A stretch of DNA of 64,000 nt from Chara braunii (Eukaryota > Plantae > Charophyceae): contig BFEA01000026.1 in assembly GCA_003427395.1 (NCBI GenBank), forward strand, positions 5,531,251 to 5,595,250, read 5' to 3'. The first letter of the stretch is position 1. Each line of letters begins with the position of its first letter. The position numbers were made by a program, and so were the translations under genes. The notes under the pieces are model-generated. The model did not search any database and had not been told where the DNA came from. It was given only the letters and a program-made list of their open reading frames with translations. Of this stretch, positions 47,301 through 59,325 are shown piece after piece.

Positions 47301-50300
47301 TAACCAATAGCACGTTGTCCTGGATATTCCTGTTGCGCATAAACCCCGTTTGTGTGGGGTGGATTATCTCCTCCGGGATAGGTATCATCCTATTGGCCAT
47401 CGCCTTGACCACCAATTTATAAACCACGTAAAAAGGGTGATCGGTCGACAATTCTATATGTTCATTTTATCCTTTTTTTTGTACAGCAGGGTGAGGATCC
47501 CCTGACCTGCAAACTCCCCCATGTCTCGTAAGACCTTTACCTGTCTATAGTATTTCATCAACTTCTTCAACATGGGAGACCAAATCTTCTCCCATAACTC
47601 CTTAGGGAGCCCATCCACCCCTGGGGTTTTGTCTTCCTCCATCTGCAGGAGAACATTCTAGATTTCTTCCTTTCGTAGCGGTTTATCCAGTATCTCCTGA
47701 TGCTCGTCGGATACTCTTTCGAAGAGGGGGGTTAGAAAGTCCATAATTTTACCTTCTATCATCTGCTTTGATTCCCCGATTAGTCCACTATATCGAATTG
47801 TTCCCCCAAATCGTGGATGAATGTTGTTTGGATCTCTGTGGGTATGTGTTTGAATTCGACCCAGTAATGCGCCTCCATCATGTGGGTCCTCTTCTACTCT
47901 AGGCTTTGTTGTAAGGGGGTCCAAGGGTATATGCGAACCTCCGATCTATCACACCTGAGCTTCCTCTAGCTATCTACTGTCTGTTTATATGTCTCATGGA
48001 AGCATAAAATCGTGAAGACGGTGGATGGGACCGGTTGGATCAGGAAGTCGTCTTGCACTCCCTCCGGGCAACCTTTGAGGGATGCTAGCCGCTTGCCAAT
48101 CCACTTGATTTTATCATTAGTGGATTTGTTGGCAGCATCATCGTGGAGAGGAACTCTTGTTGCCGACACTTTCCCGGTCCCCTCTCCTTGCTCTAAGCAC
48201 TATCTCAAACGACGCCTTTTAGCAGGCTCGTTCTCCTGCAGTAGCCCCATCTCAGGTGTAGGATTCTCAAGGAGATATTTTCTTGGTGTCTATTGTCGGT
48301 GATATTCCTTGTCCTTACTGTTGGTTGTGACTGTTTGCCCTTGGTTATCTTTCCCTTGTCGGGGTCCCTCAGTCCTTTGTACCCGACCATCGTTCTTCCC
48401 CACCCAAGGTTTATACTCAATGTTTGCTCCTGACCCTGACACTTGGTTCTCTATCGGCTTGATCGTCCCTTCATCCAGGGGTGGGGGCGACAAGTTGGCA
48501 ACAACTCCACCACAATGTGCAACACCCGAAAGCCAACTTCGGGCCATAACATTCCCCAAGGAAGACCCTCCGCCATTGCCTTCTTGAGACTGGAACTGAC
48601 ATCTAAAATAGGGAAGATGTTCGAATATGTGACGTCCCAAAACTTTTTCGTCGTCGGACATATCTATTTTTCAAGTTGCTGAGGAGCCAGTCCGCCAGTT
48701 GGATCAGTTTTTGTTCCACCGAAGTTTGTTGCTCTTGGTAGGCCTCCTTGGTGGCTGGCTCATGGGCCTCCTTCATTATTATATCAGGGGGAGGTGTAGA
48801 AGGGAGGAGAGATGGTCCTACCTCCATCGGGGCGGGGCCAAAGACATCCCTAAAGGGGTCGAGGCCAGTCGAGACTGTTTCCTCTCCCTCCCCCCGTCTA
48901 AGCCTGTTGTTGTGCCCCGTTGTCGACTACAGCAGTCAGAGAATATTCTTTTTTTTGTTGGCTTCTTCCCCCCTTCCTCTTCCCCCCCCTCTTCAGATTA
49001 TGTTTTCTCCTCTCCCCTCAGCACTCGTTGTGTCCCCACAGACTTCCCTTTGGCCCCTCCCACTGCCCTCTCTAGTATTTGACCCCTCCCACTTTCATGC
49101 AAATAGGCCTGCAGCAATGGTCTAGGCAGGGGGGAGCTCCTCGTTTGGCCCTGCAGCTCCTGGTACATTTTGGCTCTCCACTCCCGGTGGGCTTGGTGAT
49201 TATGCCCCTGTCTGCTCCCCACTTCCTTTCCCTGTGACAACACTCTTCGGGTGAGGTTGTTGCCCCTGTTCTGCCGTTCCTGCGTGGTTCACCCAGCCTA
49301 GCATGTGTTGGTAATGTTTTGCGGCCTTTTCGGCCGTCTGCTGACGAGATTTGGGGCCTTCCAGCTCAGGCGGTGTCCATGTGTTCGGGGGTTTGGTTCC
49401 CCAGTTCGATTCCCCGGGCTTCTCTTATTTTCATCCCTTAGGATTGCCATCTTTTCCTTTCCCTTCTTCATAGACCCACCCTTCATGCCCTGGGTCCACA
49501 GTCCTCCACAAGTTTCCCCAAAACAGATCACGTAGGAGGCGGCCTGTGACTCTGTTTTGCGTACCAAGGTTGTTGGGACAATCCGTGTTCGTGCACAGGT
49601 GTCTGTATGCCGTGCAGCGGAAGCACCAAGGCCTGTGCTTGTGGACAGTGTGTATCCTGTACTCTTTGCCCCCCCCCTTATACAATATTATGTCGTCCAT
49701 TGTAAACGGTTGGGATGGTGGGAAGTCAAGGGCTAGCATCAGGTACTCGTTCATTCTGGCTACATAGGACGGGAGGGGGTCGATGAAGTCCACTATATAT
49801 CGAATTGTTCCCCCCGATCATGGATGAATGCTGCCTGAATCTCTATGGGGATGTGTCTGAATTCGACCCAGTAGTGCGCCTCCATCATGTGGGTCCTCTT
49901 CTCCTCTGGGCCTTGCTTCAAGGGGGTCCAGGAGTATATGCGAACCTCTGATCTATCACACCTGAGCTTCCTCCAGCTATCGATGGTCTGATTATTTGTC
50001 TCATGAAGGCATAGAACCGTGAAGACGGTGGATGAGACCTGCTGGATCAAGATGTCGTCCTGCGCTGCCACCGGACAACCTTCGAGGGATGCTAGCCGCT
50101 TGTCAATCCACTTGATTTTATCATTAGTGGATTTATAGGCGACATCATCATGGAACACCAAATTGTTTGCGTGCTTTTGGTAGATGGTGTCCCTTTCTGC
50201 CGTCTTTTGCGATGGGTAGGATCTGATCTGCATCTTCTTTCCTCCACTCTCCACTGCTCTCTGTTCCGAGGGCGAAAGGAACTGTGATAGGAAGAACGCC

Positions 50301-51720
50301 CTCGCTGTGGAGAGGCTGAATAGGGGGAGGTGGAGGGTTTACCCTGGCCTGTAGGGTCTTACCTTGATAGGGTCCCTTTAGTTTAGTTGCCCACGAGGTT
50401 TGTACTCCTGTTCCACTTGAGGTTGAGGGGCCTTCCTAACACTCCCCACGACAACTTTCCCCTTCTGACCGATTCTCATGACCCATGTTCCCCTTTGAGT
50501 GCTCCCTCTGTGACTCACCCCTGTTCCTTTTTCCTGTTTTGTCCGTAGTGGCGGGAAGTCCTTCTTCCCTACCGTGGGTTGAGCTTCATTCTCCATGCAT
50601 GTACCCTGCTTTCCCTATCTAGGTTCTTTGCTTGTTCGATGCTTCATCGGGGGGTGAGCAGAAGCTTCAGGGATGCTTGCCTCACGACTCCTTTAAAGAG
50701 GAGCATAAATTTTGCCTTTTGTGGCTCTTCTGATTGTGCGAGAGCCTGACCATGTCTGACCGCTCCTCCATGTGCTATCGCACTTTAGCTCCTCGTTTAG
50801 TCTCTTGATTCTCCTTTCTTCCTACTTGTTGTGAAGCTGCTGTGTCCTTCTCCAGGTACAGGACGATAGAACTCTCAGGCTTCCTTCCCCCACTAATCTT
50901 ATTGACTCCTTTATTGCTTTTCCTTTTTTAGCATGACATGTTCCTGGCTTCTCCCTACGTTTGCTTGAGTTGTTGTTTTTTGGATCTTTTCTATGTTTAT
51001 TATGGATGTTTTTATTCCGCCTCGTTTCCTACTGACTTGTTATTTAAGTGAGGTTGCTTCCTTCTGTGCCCACAAAGGTTTTGGAGGGGACATGGCATGT
51101 AAAGGGATCATAACAAGAAGGAAAGGCGGAGGAGAGGAGGATTTCACCCATGCGCTCATGTGCTCTTTCTCTCCTCCCGCTTAGTGATGACCCATTTGGC
51201 GTCCTGCTCCTCTCACACTCTTTATCACTGTTGCCGAATTGCTTCTCCCTTTCAGCACTGCTTGGTTGGATCGGCCTTCGGGCGCATCCGACTCTACCTC
51301 ACCCTATGTGTTGCACACTTAGTTCTTCCCTCCCTCCTTCCAGACCTGTCAACCCTATGACAATCGAGACACCTCGTCGTGAGCCCTACCTTGCTCGACC
51401 CGATTCACCTCCTCCTTCTGTGCCGTTCTCCCGAGTTCCCTCCCTCCTCATCGTCCACCCTGGTGAAGCCAACCCAACATGCACCCCTGCGCTATGCTAC
51501 TAATCATGAATTTGTAGCAACCTTTCCTTCTGAGTGCACCAATCGCTCCTCCCGCTTGGCGTGGTTGGATTTGCAAGTGTATTAATCCCTAATTTGTAGC
51601 AGCTTTACCTTGCGAGTGTACCAATCGCTCCTCCTGGTTGGCGTGGTTGGCTCGGCCATCGGACGTTAGTTATGAATCTCCCATGTAGGCGGTCGTGGGC
51701 AGCCATGGCCACGACCGCGC
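44335..51720 (-). mobile_element. Near full-length decayed L1/Tx1-like LINE (ORF1 with CCHC-like knuckle, RT, zf-RVT-like region)
   Basis: ORF1 HYWVEFRHIPIE...PWCFRCTAYRH. RT motifs KTPGVDGLP, QTGFMRNRNIQDN, FIDFEKNYD, QGDPVAPFLF, MFAED, then WQISRRCLPTN...WCKFC. Boundaries are approximate. Confidence 0.9.
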
Positions 51721-53227
51721 GGCCACGTGGCGACCAATGGGGGGGGGGGGGATCGTGGTGAGAGATGTAAAAAAAAAACAAAAAAAAGACTAACGAGCTA
51801 GTTTTTTTTTATTTTTTTTTCCGTTGATTGATTGATTGGTGGGGGAGGGGTCGCCCCCCCCTTCCGCCCCTTACAACAATCTCTCCCACCACGATAAACC
51901 TTGAGAAGGTTACCCGGGTCTTTCGACCTAGAAGGCCCTGAAAGAACAACAAAATGGGGTGTGCTAAGGATTTTTGGAAAATTGAATGTGGAGACACAGA
52001 CAAATTGAAATCTCCCGTGTGGTCCCAGTGTTAGCGAGAAATGGCCATCACCGCGCGGGAAAGGAAATGGGCGTGCGCAATTTTCGAACGTCTATCCAAT
52101 CCGAAAAGTATCTTTGAACCTCCATACGGGCTACTTGACGTCTTTTCGAACGAAAGGGCGGGGGTACGCACATGGGATCTCGTTTTCAAATTAAGTCCCG
52201 TCGTCGCTCATTGTAGAGCTCAGATTCCGACGTGGGTGGTCGTAGCCTTGTGTTTTTTTTCTTAAATTCGTCCTCGTCACATGTACGGTAGTGAAACCCC
52301 ATTTTCCGATAACGCTCAATGTTGCGACAATTGTTGCAAAGAGTATTAGGCCAATGGCATGCCACTGCCGTCGACGGGATGACAATCAGATCGTTGAGGG
52401 GCAATAAAAAGGAATAGGGCGGAAAATGAGTATCAAAGATCACAAGCCCCGCACCCACGAACCCTAAACACCTCGTTTCTGGAGGGAAATAGTAACATCC
52501 CCCGATCTTCACGATGGCTTCTTGTATGTGCAACTCGCATATGCATGGCATTTTCTCGAGCACGGGAAGTTGGCGCCTAGTCGGGCCAGTCTGATTAGTC
52601 CACATGGCGTAAGCTAACTAGAGACGTGAGTCCATGTGAGTCTATGCAATCCGTCATTCGATCCAATCAAAATGACAATTGTCTAGCATTTATTTGGGGG
52701 AGTGAGGAAACGAGAATAAATCATGCACGAAAATCAAAACGCACCAAAGTCTTAATTTGTCCATGTCATCAAAAAAGCAATTCAACCAATGTATCCAGGC
52801 AAGCGTTTCTCTCCCGACTGGTTTTTGTGCTCCAACAAGTTCGCCTGACGAAATTTGAGCATCAAAGATGAGCAGGTGCAAAAGATCATCAATTATCATT
52901 ATAAACACGCATCATTCGTTACACGAAGAGAAGTGGAGGGAGAAAAAGACAAGGCCATTCGAGCTCGTTGACCTCTTAAATTCAACGATGCTTGTCCCCG
53001 CGAGATCTGATTGAACTTACAAAGACGAGCGAGGCGAGATCTTAGAAGTTGATATGGGCAATAATCCAAGAACAGAAACAAAAAGAGGGAGCGAGAGAGG
53101 AAGAGGCAGAGAACAAAAAGTGTTCACAGAGTCCTAGCTTGATTAAAAAAAAAAGGACTAGAGAGGGAGGAAGAGTTACAGACACACAAGTAGATATGAG
53201 GAAAATCGTTGCTCTGCCATTAACTTA

Positions 53228-53364
53228 AGGCATACACACACTAGGCCCTCAAAATTGCAAAATCACAAAATGAACGCCCTTATCAAGTGTTTGTAAGCAA
53301 AAGGCTCTATCTGGCTGCTCATTTTGCGATTTTGAGATTTTGAGGGCCTCGTTTGAGTATGCCC
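53228..53364. mobile_element. Tourist-like MITE
   Basis: Long TIRs (A/G)GGCATAC...AGGCCCTCAAAAT, with TTA on both flanks. Confidence 0.75.
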
Positions 53365-53469
53365 TTAGCTTCCAAATTAGGAGACGATCCAAATTAGGAG
53401 ACAAAGAATAAAGTGCGCAAGCCTTCCAATCTCTTATTATGGCCTCAGGCCATGCAACCACTCGTACAC

Positions 53470-54640
53470 ACACACACCTTCCTTATGCAGGCACTGAAGA
53501 TCCCGACCACCACTTACGAACCTCCATACCACAACGATCGTCACCCCGCCAACTTCTTTTCTACACCGACTTGCCCAGATCCTGCAGTCCGTCGCGGCCA
53601 CCCGGTGCACAACCTCGCAAAACTACAGTCAGCTGGTCAGGACTTTTCGATTCACTGATCATCACATCATCTCGCCACCACTTCGCTTAAGTTGGCAAAT
53701 GGGTTGAGAGAGAGATTTTCAGATGTGTTTGTGGATTTTATAGTTGCAAAGGGGGAGATAGAAGACATGAGAGAGAGAAGGAGAAGGGGTTAAAGAGAGG
53801 GAGGAGGGGAGTAAGATTATTTGCCTTGGGAAAGGCATACCTATCCGGGATCAGTAAGGACTTCTTGTACAGGGACGAAGGCGGGAAGGGGGAGGAGGTG
53901 GAGAATGGTGCGGAGCGGGACCAAGGGGAGAAAGAAGCGTGAAGGAAAAGGGGATGGAAAACAGTTCCGGGTCAAGCAAAGAAGGCACGAAAGAGAGAAG
54001 GGTGAAAATGGCTCGGGGAACAGCGGGAGGTGGGGGAAGCTTGCATGCATGGCGCTGACTCAAAATAAAAAAGTCACGAACACAGTTAATCTTCGTCCAA
54101 TCCAGCTCTAGAACTAGTTCAAGATTTGAAAAATTCAAAAACAATATCGTCACATGGAATTAGGCGCAAGAAAATCGTACGCCTATTCAGATCCCTTGAG
54201 AAAATTCACCGAGTTTTCCTAGTAAACTACTATAACTACTTTCAGTATATTCAAACCTCTTACTAGTCAATTTTTTATCTTTATGTATATCAATATGAGA
54301 AAATTGATTGCTATTGTTAATTAAATTATATTGAGATAAATCAAAATGATTATGGATTTAGGAACATTCATGTACAAGAAAAGACACGTCAGCAGGAAGT
54401 GCGCCCACAAATCCGGGTTGCCAACCGTCGAAAAACCTTTCTAGCGCGCTTGCTAAGACGCACATAATTCTTACATAAATTCATTGACCTTGAAAAACAA
54501 AGAAGATTTCGAGAATTCGGACAAAACAAAAATTATTTGAGGTGGGGAGACCTCAACGACCATTAATTCCATGCATTACTCGTTTGCTGAAAAGAAGGTA
54601 CCCCAAAACCCGTTAATAACCGAAAAGAAAAGAAGAGCAA
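53470..54640 (-). repeat. Right arm of the diverged inverted repeat
   Basis: See 42560-43680. Confidence 0.7.
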
Positions 54641-54691
54641 AACATAGGGCTGCAAAAGTTCGTTCAGACACATAAGCTGCCACGTCACACA

Positions 54692-54941
54692 CGCGTGGCT
54701 CAGAACATCTAAGGGCGTCAACGACATGCTATTGCCTCAAACTTCCATTGGCTAGTTGTCCAACAGTCCTAAGCAGACGACAACGAGGAAAAGTCCTCAT
54801 GTAGCGGTTTTGCAGACTGGGGTCTCGTTCGTTAACAAAATTAACCAGACAAATCACTCCACCAACTAAGAACCACCATGCACCACCACCCATAAAATCA
54901 AGAAAGAGCTCTCAATCTGTCCCAACTTATACTATGTCTGG
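54692..54941 (-). pseudogene. Degenerate nuclear 18S rRNA fragment
   Basis: The minus strand reads CCAGACATAG...GACAGATTGAGAGCTCTTTCTTGAT...TGGGTGGTGGTGCATGG...TTCTTAGTTGGTGGAGTGATTTGTCTGGTTAAT and GGAAGTTTGAGGCAATA...CCCTTAGATGTTCTG. Confidence 0.85.
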
Positions 54942-55872
54942 TAACTGAAAAACCTTCGCCTCAACGTCACATCGAAATTCTTTATCAAATGAAAATAATA
55001 ATAAAATATATATATTTTATATTAATTTATAACATATTATATGTATATAAAAATACATATGTATAGATATTGGCCCGGTCGGGCAACTGGTCCTGCGCGT
55101 CTCTAGTAGCCTATTTCGCAGCCCTAAGGCTATAGTGGACTTTGGCGCCTGTGTCAAGGTATCGCATTTTTTGCGGCGGGCGACCAGGACGTAAAGTGGG
55201 GTTCTTAGGGGGCAAAAAATTTTAGGGGACCAGTCCTTGGCAAAATTGCGGACTACCTACAACTAGCTCTGAGCCTCTGATAGAACCCGAACTTCTGAAA
55301 AAGGGAAGGACCGATCCTCGGGTGGAAGCGGACCCCAAAACGAAGTAGGGGGCGTTGGACTGGTCCTCGGTTGGAAGCGGACCCCAAAAAGAAGTGAGGG
55401 CATGTGAACTACAAAAGGGCCCTCAAGCCAAGGCGTTGAGGCCTGTCTTCGCAAAACAGGGAGGTCAGGCGCAACGAAACAAGTATTTTGCAAGAGTCAA
55501 CTTCGACGATTTTCTGTGCTCGGAAGAACCAACAGAAAAATCTGAAATTTTGAAATTCATGAATGAGGTCATGTTCTTTCCAGGAAAAAATTTAGAACAT
55601 TTTCAAAAAATCATTTAGACTAATCGTCGAACCGATTGGACACATTTTACATTTTTGTCACTCAGCCATGTGTGGGCCAACTGAAAATGTACTCCAAACT
55701 CGATGAGTTTTCGCGCTCAGAAGAACGCATGAAAAAATCTGAAAGTTTGAGTACCCGTAGATTTTGTTGTGATCTTTCCAGAAAAAAACGCTCAATAAAT
55801 AAATCAAATTCATTCCGACTGTGAAATAGACCGCGACCGCAATTTGACCCATGTTTCAATTTTGCTATTCAG

Positions 55873-55875
<3 letters not shown>

Positions 55876-55935
<60 letters not shown>

Positions 55936-56057
55936 GTGTGTGTGTGTGTGTGTGTGTGTGGTAAGGCCCCTCCTCTCCCTCTCTCTCTATCTCTCTTCCT
56001 TTCTCTCTCTCACTCCCTATCTCTCTCTCTTACTCATATCGACAAATGGAACAAAAA

Positions 56058-56093
<36 letters not shown>

Positions 56094-56098
56094 TTTTT
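55876..56098. repeat. (CT)n/(TG)n microsatellite cluster
   Basis: Direct observation. Confidence 0.9.
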
Positions 56099-56371
56099 NN
56101 NNNNNNNNNNNNNNNNNNNNNNNNNNNNNNNNNNNNNNNNNNNNNNNNNNNNNNNNNNNNNNNNNNNNNNNNNNNNNNNNNNNNNNNNNNNNNNNNNNNN
56201 NNNNNNNNNNNNNNNNNNNNNNNNNNNNNNNNNNNNNNNNNNNNNNNNNNNNNNNNNNNNNNNNNNNNNNNNNNNNNNNNNNNNNNNNNNNNNNNNNNNN
56301 NNNNNNNNNNNNNNNNNNNNNNNNNNNNNNNNNNNNNNNNNNNNNNNNNNNNNNNNNNNNNNNNNNNNNNN

Positions 56372-56558
56372 TGACGTTGCCAAAATTTATTTTGACCAAC
56401 CCTATGACTGAGACATCTATTCTTTTTTTAGAACCAGACGTCTTTGACGTCTGGTCGAAACAGTGGGAGTCGGCGGTGACCTGTCGTCCACGGTTCCAAC
56501 AAGGCCGCAGGGGTGCGCGGTCGGGGAAAGACTAAATGTAGATCTATTCTACCTAACA
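56372..56558. repeat. Direct repeat, candidate LTR end (copy 1)
   Basis: 56372-56466 is identical to 63906-64000 (95 nt). The segment ends ...ACCTAACA, an LTR-like terminus. Confidence 0.6.
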
Positions 56559-56749
56559 GCCGCGCGATTCAGGGCTTAGGTAGGGTAAAAGAACAGGCGC
56601 ACTATGCATAGGGTCGCGACGCGAGAGGGATAGCAAGTTTTTTTTTGGGCCGCCGGGTTGACCTCGAGCCGAGGGGGGGGCCCGACAGGGCTATGCCGAC
56701 GCCTACCTGATGGGTGGCCCTGAGCCATGGATGGGTCGTCATTTACAGA

Positions 56750-57065
56750 GACACGGCAGCAGGCAGAACCTGCTAGCCCACAACCCGGCGAGGCCTGCAA
56801 GACCACAGGCAGGGTAGGCCTGCTAGGCCACAGGCAGGATAGGCCTGCTAGGCTACAGGCAGGGGAAGCCTGCAGGGCCACAGGCAGGAGAACAGTGAGG
56901 GCAAACTCTTCTTATAGAGGAGCTGCCCCTGTCATTGTTGTGATAGGAGCTAGCCCAGTAGGATNTAGTGCCAGATTTTCGCCCAGCAGATACCAGNATC
57001 GAGCCTGGCCGCACGCATCCTACCAGGCTAGCTCCTTTTGGAGCAGCCCATACGGCGCAGCCTAG
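56750..57065. repeat. Degenerate GCCTGCTAGGC(C/T)ACAGGCAGG tandem repeats
   Basis: Direct observation. Confidence 0.7.
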
Positions 57066-57581
57066 TCTCGGCCGCCGTGGGGACTTGAACTCGAGTCTGT
57101 ATTTTAACAGTTCGTGGGCATGCCACGATGGGACGTGACCATTGGTAAAGCCAACAGAATAACGGAAAAAAAAAAAAAAAAAAAAAAAAAAGCTAAACTC
57201 AAACTTACCTGAAGCGCCACTTGGCGCCCTTAGAAGTGACTGGGGCATTTCAGCCCCTGTGCACTTGACAGCCCGTGAAAACGGGCGACCTTTTTTCTGC
57301 CAGAGGTAAGTTTATTTTCTGATTTTTTTTTAGATTTTCATTAGATTTCTTTTTCTAGATTCCTTTTAGATGTTGTTTAGTTACTTCTAGATTTTTAATT
57401 TTTTTTTATTCGTGAAGTTGCTAAAATGCCCATTCGATTTTTNAGCAATGGGCTGCCACTTCTATTTGGGTGAGTAAANTCGAATGGATCTGCCACAGAA
57501 CGCGGCCACGTTCGGGCGTGGGTTTTGTGCCCTTGTACTTGGCCACGAGGGGCTCTTTGCACATGAANGGTTACTACCGTT

Positions 57582-57650
<69 letters not shown>

Positions 57651-59189
57651 CTACCTAGCGATGCGCCACGCTGTTGCCCCACTGAAGGGACGAGCAAAAT
57701 CGAATGAACCTTCCGCTAGAACATGGAAAGATACGCGGCCTCGCCTTTTGCTGTGGATCGGAGGTTGTGCCCGTTCACATTGGGGAACGGGGTGCAGCAG
57801 AGCGCATGGGAAAGGGAATTGGCACATTTATGATTTTTTTAGGGTTTCTTCTTTTTCTTTTTTCTCCTTCTTTTTTTTTTTTTTTTGTTGTTGTTAGTCT
57901 TTTCCTATCCCCTCATCTTACCTGCGTCCGTTGGGTTTTGAGAACGGGCAGCAGAATGACATTGTTCCTGGCCCTATTGGCAGCCAGGTACGGGCGCGCG
58001 GTAGGACAGGGGAATAAGCCCCTGTTGAGCTTGACACTAGTCCGACTTCGTGAAATGACCAAGGGGGAAACGAGGGGGCAGGAAAAAAANNNNNNNNNNN
58101 NNNNNNNNNNNNNNNNNNNNNNNNNNNNNNNNNNNNNNNNNNNNNNNNNNNNNNNNNNNNNNNNNNNNNNNNNNNNNNNNNNNNNNNNNNNNNNNNNNNN
58201 NNNNNNNNNNNNNNNNNNNNNNNNNNNNNNNNNNNNNNNNNNNNNNNNNNNNNNNNNNNNNNNNNNNNNNNNNNNNNNNNNNNNAAAAAAAAAAAGGGAG
58301 TAAAGGGAAAAGTTGCGCACCTAGCTGTGGATGCAGCACAGGTGCGCACCCTGTAGGAATGGGCAGGCAGATGCCTGTTCGAGATGAGTAGGCTCCTGCA
58401 CATGGCTGGATTCAGCTAATTTAAGGCCGAGTCCGGCCTGAATGACAGACCAGATGCGGTACCTGAGCCTGGGACTGGTTTTCTCCATCCAGAGATCAAG
58501 TTCCAGCCCTTGATCGCGAGCCAGATCAAGGGCTGGCCTCAGATCCGAGTTTTGGTTGAGGCAGAGTGGCTGCCTCAGCCACTTCTCTGGCTATAAAACC
58601 AGCCTCCAGCCCCAGCAGCCAAGCATTCTTGGCAGCAGTGCTGGGCTCTCACTTGTGAGATTGCTGGCTGGCTGCAGAGAAGTGAGGCGGAGCGGAGCTG
58701 CTCGCGGCGGAGGAGGAGGACTGCACGAGGAAGGAGAACGTGGCCATAGCTGTGGAATGCAGCCATAACCGCCGTCACAGCGAGGAGGAAGGGAAGAGGG
58801 CTGGAGGTCTGTCGGAAGGAGTGGGAGGTGAAGGTGGAGGCTGCCATAGCCACCACCTTGGTGAACAGTGGAGCCCAGGGGAGGTGNTGTNCGCGCGGTA
58901 CGGNCGCGGCGGCACTAAATGAAGGTGACGAGAGAGCACTGCCGACCCTTTTTGCGGNAACGTCGGCCATTGCTGGACCTGTGTGGGGAAGATGCTGCCT
59001 GCACAGTGCGGCGGTGACAGACTATTTTTGTTGCGGTGCAGGGAAGGTGCTGCCCGTCGGGCATGATGGCGGCATATATTTTTGGTAGCAAAGCAAAGAA
59101 GGTGTTGCCTGTTCAATGCAGCGTTGGCAGCCATTTTTTATGAGGTACAAGGGTGATGCTGCGCGGCCTTGCGACGACGACAACACGTT

Positions 59190-59325
59190 CAGATGGTAGC
59201 ACGGAAGCGCTGCTGAAATTTTGCGGCAACAACACCGGGTTTGACGCCGGTAGTGCGGAAGTGCTGCTGAGAATTTGCGGCAGCAGCATTGGGTTTGACG
59301 ACGGTGGTGCGGTAGCGCTGCCAGT
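59190..59325. repeat. ~57-bp degenerate tandem repeat
   Basis: GGTAGTGCGGAAGTGCTGCTGA..ATTTGCGGCA units. Confidence 0.6.
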
